From the NCBI RefSeq assembly GCF_947568905.1, contig NC_079172.1, forward strand, positions 70,556,001 through 70,620,000: a stretch of DNA of 64,000 bases, written 5' to 3'. Shown here one piece after another: positions 10,774 to 21,870 of the stretch; the first letter of the stretch is position 1, and each line of letters begins with the position of its first letter. Source of the DNA: Ostrea edulis (Eukaryota). Below the pieces are notes generated by a model that saw only the letters and a list, made by a program, of their open reading frames with translations, did not search any database and was not told the origin of the DNA. The translations under genes and the position numbers were made by a program.

Positions 10774-13101
10774 TTATTTATCATCATCTTTAGTACCATT
10801 ATTGTTTTGTCCACCTGTAAATATAACATCTTGTTTTCTTCCATCACTTTGTATAATTGTTACCCTTCTACCATATAGTGAAGGAGGAATTCTATACCAA
10901 GAGGGTAGGCCTTGAGGTTCAGTAGGATTGATAACTGGACCCTGTGGTTGCAATGGAAGGACCGGTGGCTCAGTGGGAGGAACAAGTCTTAAGGGAGGAT
11001 ATGGTGCTACAGATGGCCCCATTCTCTGACTTTCTTGTGATTCAGCAACCCGATTTTTACCTGACCTTTGACCTTGTTCTATACCTTGATTTATGCTTTG
11101 AAGAAGCACCTTCTCTTTCTCTTGCTGGGATGGCTTTCTTAAAGGATTTCTTCTCTTCTTCCCAGGATTTTTAGCAGTGGACCTAAAGCGTGGCTGTAAT
11201 ACATTATTGGCATTGGAAGATATTTTCTCAGTCCTCTTAAACCCTTTTAAGGAGTTTGGGAGGTTTTCACACCCGTCATTGGCAGAAATTATGTGATCCA
11301 ATGCTGTGACAATATTATCCAGTCTATATTCCTGAACACGAGGACTATTCTTTATCTGAGACATTATTTTGTTCAGTTTTTCTTGAATACCTTGAATCTT
11401 TGATGAAGTCGAAGTGTCACAAATATTTCTTTTCTTAACTGGTGGACTGATAACCTTGTCAGTAATATTTTCATTATGAATGTTAGTCTGATCCTCTAAT
11501 GTACAGCTACCAGTATTACGATAAAGTAAGGACTGAACCTTGTGTAGATGTTTACAAATATTCCCTTCCAAATAGTCATAACAGTTGCAAGTAAGGAGAT
11601 GTCTACACAGATCTATACAGGGTACTTTTTTACATTTCATGTAACAATGTGTTTCAGGACATTTCTGACAATGCGTCACTACTGTATATAAATTTTTCTG
11701 TGATTTAAGGGTGAATGTGTTTTCATTAACCTGACAGACTGAGGAATTTTGAATCTCAAAACTACTCTGATGTCGATCCAAAGTCTTCATAATTTCCCCT
11801 GAAGGAATATTGAACTTTTTAGCAGCCAAATGTTTGAAATACAAATTATTTTCAATCTGTAGCAGGGTTTCCAGCAGAATGTCTATTCTACGATTTCTTT
11901 TTCCTTCAAAGTAAATTGTTTTTAATTGATTGTGAAAGCTTTCCAAAAACATATTTGTATTAACATTGGAATATTCACCTTTCCTGAAACACATTGCCCA
12001 CTTCTCTTTTCTCAACAAGTAATAATTATTGAAGTATGTCAGTAAATTTGGATTAATGTCAGACAATCTTTGAACCAGAATATCACAATATGTATTCAAT
12101 AATGTTTCAGTCTTAGCATCCATTGCAGCACATAATAAACAATAAATTTCGGCTTGCTGCTCTGTGTCTTTAACATGCTGCTGAATTTTTAATCGCCAGT
12201 TTTTGTGTACATGCCAAATACATAGGAAATGTTCTAAGTTTGATCCATATACATTCTTTGCTGCATTCCAACCAGCATTGTCATCATCTGTCATTAAAAT
12301 ATTTACTTTTGTTTGTGGAGATTTGCTTTTAACAGCATTTAAAAAAACAGAAATAGCTTGTTCATTTTCTTTATTGGAAATACAAAATGCAACAGGATAA
12401 CCACATCTAAATTCATCTGGAACTAGAAGGGTTATCAACTTAAATGAATATAAGTTTGTTTTGTGGGTGGAATCCATGCAAAGAATTATGGGTGCATATT
12501 TTTCATACATGTCTAGCTGTTGTTTCGTCATTATTGCCAACATAAAGTCTTCCTTAGCCAGTCCAATCTTGCTGTCATCTACATTTTGTTGTTTAAAAAT
12601 CAGAATGGGATCAAATATTTCTTTCCTTAAAGCATCTACTCGAAGAAATGTTGATGTTGCATCATCACTGTGTCTAATAACAGATGAGTCAATAATCTTT
12701 TGCTTTAGATTGTGTATTGTCTTTCTGTCAATCAAATGATAATGTTTCAGGTCTGTCAAGTCATCTCGATTGTTTCTGTCACTAAATTTGTCTCTAACTT
12801 TGTCTAAAATTGTATTTATAGGAATTTTTAATGCTAACATAGTTTTTATGTCTGACTTCAAATGATCTGGAATAGGTAAAAATTTACTATCTTCAAAAGT
12901 TGTTGAGTGTGTGTGTGATTGTATGTATTTTGCTTTAACTGTTCCATCCTTCTCTACCAAAACTGAAAATCTTGATAAGCATAAACCATCTAATTTACAT
13001 GAACCCTTTTTTTTTCTCCCTCCTCTTTCTATCTTTTGTATCACATGCAATTCGCTTTTTCCCATCCCTATGACAAACCAGTGTGTATCTCTCAGAACCA
13101 T
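10774..13101 (-). CDS. MULE (Mutator) DDE transposase with C-terminal SWIM zinc finger
   Basis: CMDSTH (D1), LMTDDD (D2), CIWH (CxxH), FLESFHNQLK (E), SWIM CNCYDYLEGNICKH. The genuine coding frame probably begins near the A9 run at 13007-13015; the annotated Met-proximal residues are likely out of frame. Confidence 0.93.
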   Translation of the reverse strand: MVLRDTHWFVIGMGKSELHVIQKIERGGRKKKGSCKLDGLCLSRFSVLVEKDGTVKAKYIQSHTHSTTFEDSKFLPIPDHLKSDIKTMLALKIPINTILDKVRDKFSDRNNRDDLTDLKHYHLIDRKTIHNLKQKIIDSSVIRHSDDATSTFLRVDALRKEIFDPILIFKQQNVDDSKIGLAKEDFMLAIMTKQQLDMYEKYAPIILCMDSTHKTNLYSFKLITLLVPDEFRCGYPVAFCISNKENEQAISVFLNAVKSKSPQTKVNILMTDDDNAGWNAAKNVYGSNLEHFLCIWHVHKNWRLKIQQHVKDTEQQAEIYCLLCAAMDAKTETLLNTYCDILVQRLSDINPNLLTYFNNYYLLRKEKWAMCFRKGEYSNVNTNMFLESFHNQLKTIYFEGKRNRRIDILLETLLQIENNLYFKHLAAKKFNIPSGEIMKTLDRHQSSFEIQNSSVCQVNENTFTLKSQKNLYTVVTHCQKCPETHCYMKCKKVPCIDLCRHLLTCNCYDYLEGNICKHLHKVQSLLYRNTGSCTLEDQTNIHNENITDKVISPPVKKRNICDTSTSSKIQGIQEKLNKIMSQIKNSPRVQEYRLDNIVTALDHIISANDGCENLPNSLKGFKRTEKISSNANNVLQPRFRSTAKNPGKKRRNPLRKPSQQEKEKVLLQSINQGIEQGQRSGKNRVAESQESQRMGPSVAPYPPLRLVPPTEPPVLPLQPQGPVINPTEPQGLPSWYRIPPSLYGRRVTIIQSDGRKQDVIFTGGQNNNGTKDDDK

Positions 13102-13492
13102 CCTTGTTTACAGTTTTTGGTCTATGCAAAACATATCTTGTGTTTTTGTTTATAAACTCTTCTGTCAAATATTTCTCAAAAGAATCAAGATTTTCAAAGT
13201 TCAAATCTTCCACCCTAATGTCTGCATCATGATTATTTATCAAATGACTCACAAGAATTTCAACATGATAAAAATCTAAGTCGCATGATGGAACAATACA
13301 TGGCATTCTTTTACCATTTTCTTTCTCATGTACAGATTTCTTGTGCCTATTCAAATTTGCTTTATCATGGAAAATTTTCATGCAAACTGAACACTGATTT
13401 TTCTGATAGATACCATGTTCTACATTTGTAACTTGATCATATGAATGTATTGTCTGTATGTAGTCTGTAGATTTTGTGGATTTTCTAGTATA
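12995..13492 (-). CDS. Two C2H2 zinc fingers plus MULE N-terminal region (shifted frame)
   Basis: Frame is open upstream of the annotated Met. It gives CSVCMKIFHDKANLNRHKKSVH and CIVPSCDLDFYHVEILVSHLINNH, then YTLVCHRDG..KRREKKK, which continues as KKKGSCKLDGLC in the transposase frame. Confidence 0.85.
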   Translation of the reverse strand, partial: YTRKSTKSTDYIQTIHSYDQVTNVEHGIYQKNQCSVCMKIFHDKANLNRHKKSVHEKENGKRMPCIVPSCDLDFYHVEILVSHLINNHDADIRVEDLNFENLDSFEKYLTEEFINKNTRYVLHRPKTVNKDGSERYTLVCHRDGKKRIACDTKDRKRREKKKGFM

Positions 13493-14166
13493 TCAATTGT
13501 CTCTCGTCTGTTTGTAGTCTTCAATGAGTTCAATGTATCCAAGTTAAATTTCCTACATGCAGAATGATCAAAATTCCAGCAATAATTACTTTTGAATGCT
13601 AATGATACTGGTTCTCTCTGATTGTCTGGTGGTGATGTTTCAGTCACTGTTTCATAATGTCCACCCCCTGCCCTTGTCCAAATCAAATGAATTCTAGAAT
13701 TTGAATTTCCAAAGTCATGTTCAAGCGTCACAACTTCTGGATTATCCTGATCACCACCAACAGTTACTAATAAGTTGATTCCAAAATGCCTAGACATTGC
13801 CAAAATTGATTCCTGCCCTGCAAAAGTGCCTAACTGCCTAAGATTATTCAGTTCTTGTTGAATTTCTGGATAAGTCATTTGGTTACCATTAGAATGATAG
13901 AAAAACATATGAAAAATATCCAAATTTTGTTCAATTTCATGTATTGCTGCATTTCGTAGCTCTTGGTGATGATTTTGGTTTCCATAGAGGGCAAGACTAA
14001 CAGACCTAAAGAGACAATTCCCATCCCCTACTATTGGTTGTCTGTGAAGTCCATATAATGTCAAATATTCATCCTGACGGGTACGTTCAAGTTCAGAATC
14101 ATCTAACATTTGTAAATGGACCTCATTATTTATGACTCTATCAATTACCGAGTCAGTCTCTGAAAT
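13420..14166 (-). CDS. OTU-family cysteine protease (deubiquitinase-like) domain
   Basis: GDGNCLFRS catalytic Asp/Cys motif and GGGHYE His motif. Acceptor tacatttttgtAG (14167-14168) opens the frame in phase 0 (ISETDSVID...MLDDSE). Confidence 0.88.
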   Translation of the reverse strand: MSETDSVIDRVINNEVHLQMLDDSELERTRQDEYLTLYGLHRQPIVGDGNCLFRSVSLALYGNQNHHQELRNAAIHEIEQNLDIFHMFFYHSNGNQMTYPEIQQELNNLRQLGTFAGQESILAMSRHFGINLLVTVGGDQDNPEVVTLEHDFGNSNSRIHLIWTRAGGGHYETVTETSPPDNQREPVSLAFKSNYCWNFDHSACRKFNLDTLNSLKTTNRRETIDILENPQNLQTTYRQYIHMIKLQM

Positions 14167-14747
14167 CTACAAAAATGTAGTATTCATGTTAAAGACCATG
14201 CATTAATATTAGACAATAGACTGACACTAGCGTAAAATCTATTGTGTTAGAAATCTAACAAATTTGTGTAAATTAGCAGTATCCACCACAGTTAATGAAC
14301 ATTGGAATGACTAATGGTCACGGCCATTTATTCAATGCTGATAATATAATGTTCAATATTTCTTCTTAATACTCCTTTTTTGTGTAGACCTTTCATCCCC
14401 TTTATGTACTTTTATTTTAATATGGTAAGTTTGGTTTTCAACTTGGCTTCTTGATTTTGGAGAGGAAGTAGAAATTCAAAAAGCAGTCAATGATAAATGA
14501 TTTTCATAAGTCTTCAGCTCAGGCTAATCTGACATTCCTCTAACTCTTACTTGTAGTTTTATATATATATATAAACAAGTGATAGATCCAGTCATGTATA
14601 TATAAAAGTGGAAGTAAATGGTCAGAGGAATCTCAGATTAAATAATGCAGGCTAAGAAATGATGACTGTAAATATATGTGATACAAATTTCTTATTCAAC
14701 AACTTACTTGAAACCATGGCTCAGATGTAGGATTTACTTATACTTAC

Positions 14748-15253
14748 ATCAGTTGAATCCAAAGAAAACTGTTGAGGGTAGGCATCCACTGTTCTCTACA
14801 ATAAGCATGATAAGACTATAATAAATTTAAATTTTTCCACTTGCATATCTTTGACAGAATACTCCTAATGTAAATATATTCAATGGAAATTGAAACTAGA
14901 TGTCTTGCACACACATATGGGTATTCATATAATACAGTTTACTCCTGAAGAAATCAGTTGAGTATATATTCTATCAGCTTTGTGATATTTCTTAGTATAT
15001 ATATAACTTACTGGTATCTCAGGAAGCAACTCCAATAACGGAATATCTCCAGTCATCTAAATTAAAAATTATGAACCACAGTGACAAAAGAATGTAATAC
15101 ATGTACACATGTACATTTGTAATACCATATTCAAACATACATAAAGATAAAATACAGACATGAAAATACATATATTGTTAAAATTGTATGTACATGTATA
15201 TGCCCCTCGAGGGCCCTTGATTGGTGACGAAACAAATTAAAAAAAAAATACAC

Positions 15254-15297
<44 letters not shown>

Positions 15298-16356
15298 TAC
15301 TCTTTGTAATAGGCCAGCATTTTGAATTCTAACTGGTATCATTGAAAAAATCAAAATCTGTAATTTTTGTGTGGAGTGGCTTGTTGTACATGTATGTGCG
15401 TACATATACTTGTATACAAACTGTATTTCAGCCAACCAACTCCAGCATTCTAATTTTAAAGTTACATCCATATTGTATATATTCTTACAGGAACTGAGAA
15501 CTGGTCACTGCCATCTTTCATCCCAAAGACTATAGTAAAGAGCACTACAACCTACAAAAAATAGACACATTCATGAACTAACTGAGATATCTTTCTATAA
15601 GATTCAACAAAATAAATGATCAGTGTTCCATCATTTTTTAAAGTAATTTATGACAATAGACAACTTTAAGCTAATTTAGACTAAATTAGATTGGATTTCT
15701 TAGTGTAATGGCATAGCTAAAAAGTTGCGTAATAATTTTTAACATGTATAAAATTTAAATACTAAGTTGAACTACATAACCACAATACTATTCTAACATT
15801 AGAGTTCATAACAATACTGTTATATGAATTTTCAAGATGAGAGACCTCCTTTCGTGTTGTGAACTGTCCACTAAGCCTATCCTGTGTGCATTGAAGCATT
15901 CCATTATTTTCATGATCATCACTGACTCATTAATAAAGTTATATAACTTAGATAAATTACAGTTGGGTTGCATGGAAATGCATATATATATAAATGCTAA
16001 TACACACGTATGTTTATGCGATGAATGCAATACATATATTGAGTACTTGTAATAAAGCATCTGAATAAATTACATGGAAATTAAATTATTCTGACACATT
16101 TAACCTATTAATACCACCAATTTATGTTTTGAACTAACCGGCTTATAAAATTCCAGTATTCATTAAAACCATTCTTATGCTTGTTCTATGAAACAACATT
16201 TAAAAGCAGTGTTTTACGTAACATGTGTTGTAGAATATCCATCACTAAAGGGACGTTCATGATCCGTTTGTTCAAAAATGCACTTTCAGTGAAAAAAACA
16301 CCAGTAACTAAAAGATAAACATTACTTACGAAAAACACTGTCAAACTTTGCGCCAT
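14748..16356 (-). CDS. Candidate 5' coding exons of the MULE gene
   Basis: caacATGG exon 16356-16330 (MAQSLTVFF|gtaagt); 15551-15489 (63 nt); 15056-15012 (45 nt); 14795-14748 (48 nt). All are phase 0-0, stop-free, with good AG/GTAAG sites. Confidence 0.5.
15260..15294. repeat. (GA)n microsatellite
   Basis: Direct observation. Confidence 0.95.
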
Positions 16357-18535
16357 GTTGGATGCAGAAGGTGAAGGTCAGAAATAGCGCATGCGCAATA
16401 GCCTAGTCCTAAAGTTGCGAATAGTGAGATTCGTTTTCATCTGCCCGTGCAAACTTCCACCAGAGTTCGTTTGCTCACATTCGTAGGCACTGTGACGTAA
16501 TGAGGCCTCGACGAGGAGTTTGCTGCCCGTGTAGCCTTAGTACGTAAGTCCTCGAGCTCGCGCTTCATACTTCACCGCATATGCAGTAGGCTGTGACGTC
16601 ATAGCTACTGCCCGTGTAGCACATTCGTATTTTCACGTGAAATTATTTTTCGGAATTCCGCACACCGTCATAGAGTAGTTGAAAAACAAAAAGGGGTTCC
16701 GAAAGTACAAGTTGTTGCTGTGACTGACTCGATGATTGAGAGGGTCGTCTCGACGAAAGATAGAGAAATTTGGCCATAGTTTAGATTAGGAATACGTCAA
16801 CGTAATAATAGTGGACCAAATGTTTCGTCCGTGAAGAATGGCACTTTTTACCTCACGAAATTCACCACCATGCATAGCTACACTACGTAAACAAAGTTGT
16901 TGATGTAGCGTGATCGTGATGTCCGAGTGCTGCAAGTTTCAATACTGTTTATGTAGTCATTGAGAGTTTAAACAAAGTTTCTTCTGAGAAGAGGAATTCG
17001 ATGGATGCATTCAACGTGGACAACGAAATCATTATTTCGTTTGGTAAGTGAAAAAAATGGCAAATTAAATTTGTATTCAACCCGCTTTTCCTCTGCTATT
17101 TCACAACGCGATTTTATAATAACATCTGTAAGCGCACAACTTGGAGCTGTTTCATTTTTTGTGCATTTATGTATTCCATATGTGCCCAAAATATAACTCC
17201 TACATGCACATGTAATTGTAAAGGGATGTCATGTATGTGCCAGATTTAAAAAAAATAGGGCTCCCACAAGTTTGAGGGGGGGGGGGGGGGGTTGAGTGTT
17301 GCACTAAAATTCTATTTGGTATATATGATAGTACTTATAGCATCTTGAAATTTCATTGACCTAAGAGATATTTCAAATCTGGGGTTTCATGTTTCACACA
17401 AGCATGTAGGTCTACAAAACTTTATTTAAAATATTTGTAAAATCACAAGCCCCCCTCATAGGCAAATATATTTATTGTATGAAAATAAGATATGTACAAA
17501 ATGTATGTCCTTCTCTTGACCCACACTCGGTAAAGGAGACCGGTGTGATAAATCTAGAGTTGTCTTGTTTTGATATTATCAGAATGAACTGGCAGTTTAT
17601 GAAAACATATCTGTCATCTCATATTGCAATATGATATTGTGATGTTTATTCACCTCATTGAGGACCCGGGGGTGGGGGTGGGGGTGTATGTACAACAATA
17701 TGAAATAAATAACAATCATGCAGATGTACTACAACTGCATGAGTTCACATTGCTGCAGCACTGCACACATTTAACCTAGTGTTACATATGTAATACTGAT
17801 TTCAGACAAGATTTTAAAAATTAACATAATGAAATACATGTTGTATGTAATTTTCAATATATCAGCATTTTATAGTTCACTGAACATGCATTGAGCAGCT
17901 GTTGAGACACACAATTTTGAAAATTGACATTGTCTAACACAGTATAATTAATTCTGACTGTGCAAATATTAATTATGATTTTTTTTTCTAAGCATCATCC
18001 TAAGGACCAGTGCAAGTTGAAATGGGCTCCGAGCCAACAACTTCAACAGCAATTTGCCATGAAAATCAGCAAGAAAGGTACACTATTTTCTAAGGTAGAA
18101 TTTTTCATATTATCACCAGACATTTATAAAGACAATTTTTAGTATATTAGATATTCATCTTTTTTTTTCAATATTTGAAAATACAGAATATATTTTAACA
18201 GGTACTTCATTTACATTGATGATGTCATACCCCCTGGACACCACAACTTTACAGGTTACAGAGAAAATTCAAGAACTTCTGCAAAATGTGGGATTTGGAT
18301 AGAATCAATTAATGTATTTGTGATCCCAGAGCAATGGATATATTGTGCAACATACTAAAGTGTGAATTTAATGGAAAACAAGTACATGTACTCATGTATT
18401 ACATGTCTTTCTTAAAGACAATAATATTGCATAAATATAGAGGAAGTGTCATTGTTGATTATTCTAAGTTTTTGATATATCAAAATCAGTAAACAATTCT
18501 AAATGAAAATAAAATACCAATTTCATAACTTTAAT

Positions 18536-19296
18536 TAGGGCTGGGACGATTCAGGGTTACCTCGATTCGGTTCGGTTTCGATTCAGAACAGCACGGTTCG
18601 GTTATTTTCGATTCGGTTCATGTTAGGTCCAATTTATCTAATGACACCACAAAAATTAACAATTTTAATGAGTAGCATATTTGATTTGATTTTATTCAAG
18701 TTATATAACTATATGTCGTCATTTGTAAACATCATATCTATTCATAATGACATTTTATAACTTTGATAGAAAAAATAAAACACTGACAGTCTATCAAAAT
18801 TTGTTATATCAATGTGCTACATACGTTTTGGATTATTAAACAAATCTATAGTGAATCTAAAATGTATATGATATTGCTTTCATTGATATGCAAAAATTCA
18901 ATAATTCTATCAATTGAGAGTCTTTGAAAATCTCTCCTTTATTGATTTACTTCTCTCATATTAACTGTCAAATCTGTTTCATTACGATGTTGATTTCATT
19001 CCACCACTGACATAAATGCTATATGTCATGTAAAGATAAACTGCAATGATCTTACAGACCATATTCTGTTGGTATATGAGTGGTGAAAATGCTAACTCTC
19101 AACACAGTAGTGATTTAAATCTCTGTTGCATAAAAATCCACATGTTTTCAACATCACTCGGACGCCATATTTGTTGTTTTGGTGTAAGTAAAATCTAAAC
19201 CGAACCGAAGCGAAATCCGGAATTTGTAATCGGTGCATCGAATCGAACGGTATGAATCGCGGTGCACCGACATTTTCGGTGCACCGCACAGCCCTA
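18536..19296. mobile_element. hAT-like MITE
   Basis: Termini TAGGGCTG...CAGCCCTA. Perfect 8-bp TSD ACTTTAAT (18528-18535, 19297-19304). Subterminal GATTC/CGGTT repeats at both ends. Confidence 0.9.
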
Positions 19297-19412
19297 ACTT
19301 TAATCAATTTGTTTGAATTTCTCATTTTCTACCATTGTATGAAAAATTACTAAATATTAATGCAATCATTGTGAGTGCAAAAAGGTCAATTGCAAGAGCA
19401 CATACGTAAATG

Positions 19413-19854
19413 CATTGGCGGATATAATAGGTAAGGGGGGGGGGGGCAACCGGCGCGACCCCCCCCCCCCCCCCTAAAATTTTTCAAAGTAAATCATGGT
19501 CTCTTAACTTGTTTAGAGAAATATATACGATGAAAGAAGCAATAATTTCCTCCACTCTCAGAGAAATAAATGTCTGACAAACACTTGATTTATTGAATTA
19601 CTTTTAGTGGGAAAACTGCTATTTTTTCCAAAAACCCTTAAAATTTGCGTTATTTTATTAATTTCACCTTATTGAAAATGACAGAAAATAGTAAAAATGA
19701 CTATAGAGGAGACATATTTTAAGCCCTATAAAATCTGTAAAATCCAGGAGTTTCAGGGGGAATCGCCCCCACTTCAAGGCGGCCCCCAGACCCCTTGCCT
19801 CATACAGTTACACCTCCCCCCCCCCCCCCAACTTCAATTCCTGATCCGCCCCTG
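19413..19854. mobile_element. G-tract MITE (CAGTGGCGGATC-type termini)
   Basis: CATTGGCGGATA ... GATCCGCCCCTG, with G- and C-tracts inside both ends. Confidence 0.65.
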
Positions 19855-21160
19855 AAATAGCTTATAGAAACCTTATTGTCATGTTCAATTTTCAAAGAGG
19901 TAATTTGGGAAGGCTTAAACATTTTAAGTTATTAAAAGGTTAGTAGTTTATCTCTGCTGCATGACTGAATCTTTCTTCTCAATGCACCGAGTGCAATTCA
20001 TGACGTCTATGTTCCTGCTCATTCTTTCTCCTCCATACCATACAGTATATTAAAGGGGTTGGGATGTAATGGAGACATTTGTTTTAACAAATATAAATTG
20101 TATTTCAATTTTTTGTGGGGATTTTTATTTGGGAAAACTCTTAATATTAATCATCAAATATGATGGCGTATGAAAAATCTATATTCTGAGTGTAAGTGCA
20201 CAAAGGTCAACAACGAGAACTACAACAAAGTATAAGCTAAAATTTGAAATACATACTTTCTGTATTATGTTTATTAATTTAAAAAAGGTATTACAAAGAA
20301 TCTTCGAATTTCAGCAAGCTTTCTTTGATGGATTGTTTACAACATCTTTTAATAACCCTTTTTCTTACGAAAATGTGTAGTTTGTTAAAAGGGGGTGGGG
20401 TTAGGTATTTTTTGCTAGTTCCATATTGAACCCCATTATGGTGTATAATTTTTTTCTTATATTCAACTTACTAATAGGTTAACCACTTAATGAAATAAAA
20501 TAAGAAATTTGATGGGTAATTTTTTTTGCAGCTTAAGCAAAAGTATGACCTTGTGTGCAAATATTGTGCACTATTTTAAGGTAATTAGCCAATGTAGCTT
20601 TGTTGAAGTCATGTTGTTGCATGTTAATAATGATTGCTGAACTTGAAATTGATGTGTAATACACAAGTATGTGAAATGTTGTTATAGCTCGAAGAATGAT
20701 ACACAGGCCCAGGAGAATTGTACCGGAAGTTCCGCGTTCACACCTTCTGTTCAAATCTCTACCCAGAGTTATCGTTCCCGCTACGCTCTACTAATACATG
20801 TACCTCTGTCAATGTCTAAAACGTTTATCAAAATGTACTAAAACTAACTTAGCATATCAAACATCTAAGCAAATCAAACACTTGTCTGAATTTTTTAAAA
20901 GCAGAAGATGGTAAATATGAGACACCTGAGCGAAAAAAGGTTTTATATGAATATTCACTCATTCAAAAATTACTAGAATAATAATTGAATTCGTTGTTTC
21001 TGTGTAAGTTTTGCCAAGAATCTTGACGTTTAGACGTTAACAGAGGTGTTGTAGTATAGCGTAATACGCCCTCTGGTGAGAGATTGCTTCTGTTTACTAG
21101 AACGGACATGTCTACCTTCAAAGCTTAATCAAATGTGCGTGAACAGCAAACGCCCAGAAC

Positions 21161-21870
21161 TATGGTGTTCGGATAGGGCCATTTGCAAAAGCGTGACTAC
21201 GCGTTAGTCACAACACGCCATCACGCCAACAAGCAACGCACCTTAGCGCTCTCACGCCAACAAGCAACGCGCCTTCGCGCAGACAAGCAACGCGCCTTCG
21301 CGACAACAAGCAACACACCTTCGCTCTCTCACGCCAACAAGCAACGCGCCTTCGCGCAGACAAGCAATGCACCTTCGCTCTCTCACGACAACAAGCAACG
21401 CACCTTCGCGCTCTCATGCCAATAATCAACGCGCCTTTGCGCTCTCACGCCAACAAGCAACGCACCTTCGCGCTCTCACGCCAACAAGCAACGCGCCTTC
21501 GCGCAGACAAGCAACGCGCCTTCGCGCTCTCACGCCAACAAGCAACGCACCTTCGCGCTCTCACGCCAACAAGCAACGCGCCTTCGCGCAGACAAGCAAC
21601 GCGCCTTTGCGCTCTCACGACAACAAGCAAGGCACCTTCGTGCTCTCACGGCAACAAGCAACGCGCCTTCGCGCAGACAAGCAACGCGCCTTCGCGCTCT
21701 CACGACAACAAGCAACGCGCCTTCGCGCTCTCACGCCAACAAGGCGCGTTGCTTGTCTGCGCGAAGGCGCGTTGTTTATCTGCGCGAAGGCGCGTAGCTT
21801 GTTGGCGTGACTGCTTGTTGTGACTAACGCGCAGTCACGCTTTTGCAAATGGCCCTATCCGGACACCATA
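21161..21870. mobile_element. Non-autonomous IS3EU-like element with internal CpG-rich tandem array
   Basis: 55-bp TIRs (53/55) beginning TATGG. 6-bp TSD CAGAAC (21155-21160, 21871-21876). Interior made of 31- and 23-bp units (TTCGCGCTCTCACGCCAACAAGCAACGCGCC / TTCGCGCAGACAAGCAACGCGCC). TAY..RTA termini with a 6-bp TSD fit IS3EU as I recall it. Confidence 0.75.

Larger units (their letters stand above)
5912..16626 (-). mobile_element. Full-length Mutator-like (MULE/MuDR) DNA transposon, 10.7 kb
   Basis: Perfect 9-bp TSD GTATTTTCA (5903-5911, 16627-16635). Perfect 19-bp outer TIR GAATGTGCTACACGGGCAG (5912-5930 / 16608-16626). Inner inverted block 5922-5986 / 16385-16449 matches at 64/65. Internal MULE transposase. 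Confidence 0.95.

Noticed and set aside
17001-18300. Possible small spliced gene (MDAFNVDNEIIISF|gtaagt joined to an exon at 18202)
   Set aside because: The product would be under 50 aa with no recognisable domain, and the alternative acceptor gives an immediate stop.
21183-21848. Arg/Ala-rich ORFs
   Set aside because: They are translations of the 31/23-bp array inside the IS3EU-like element.
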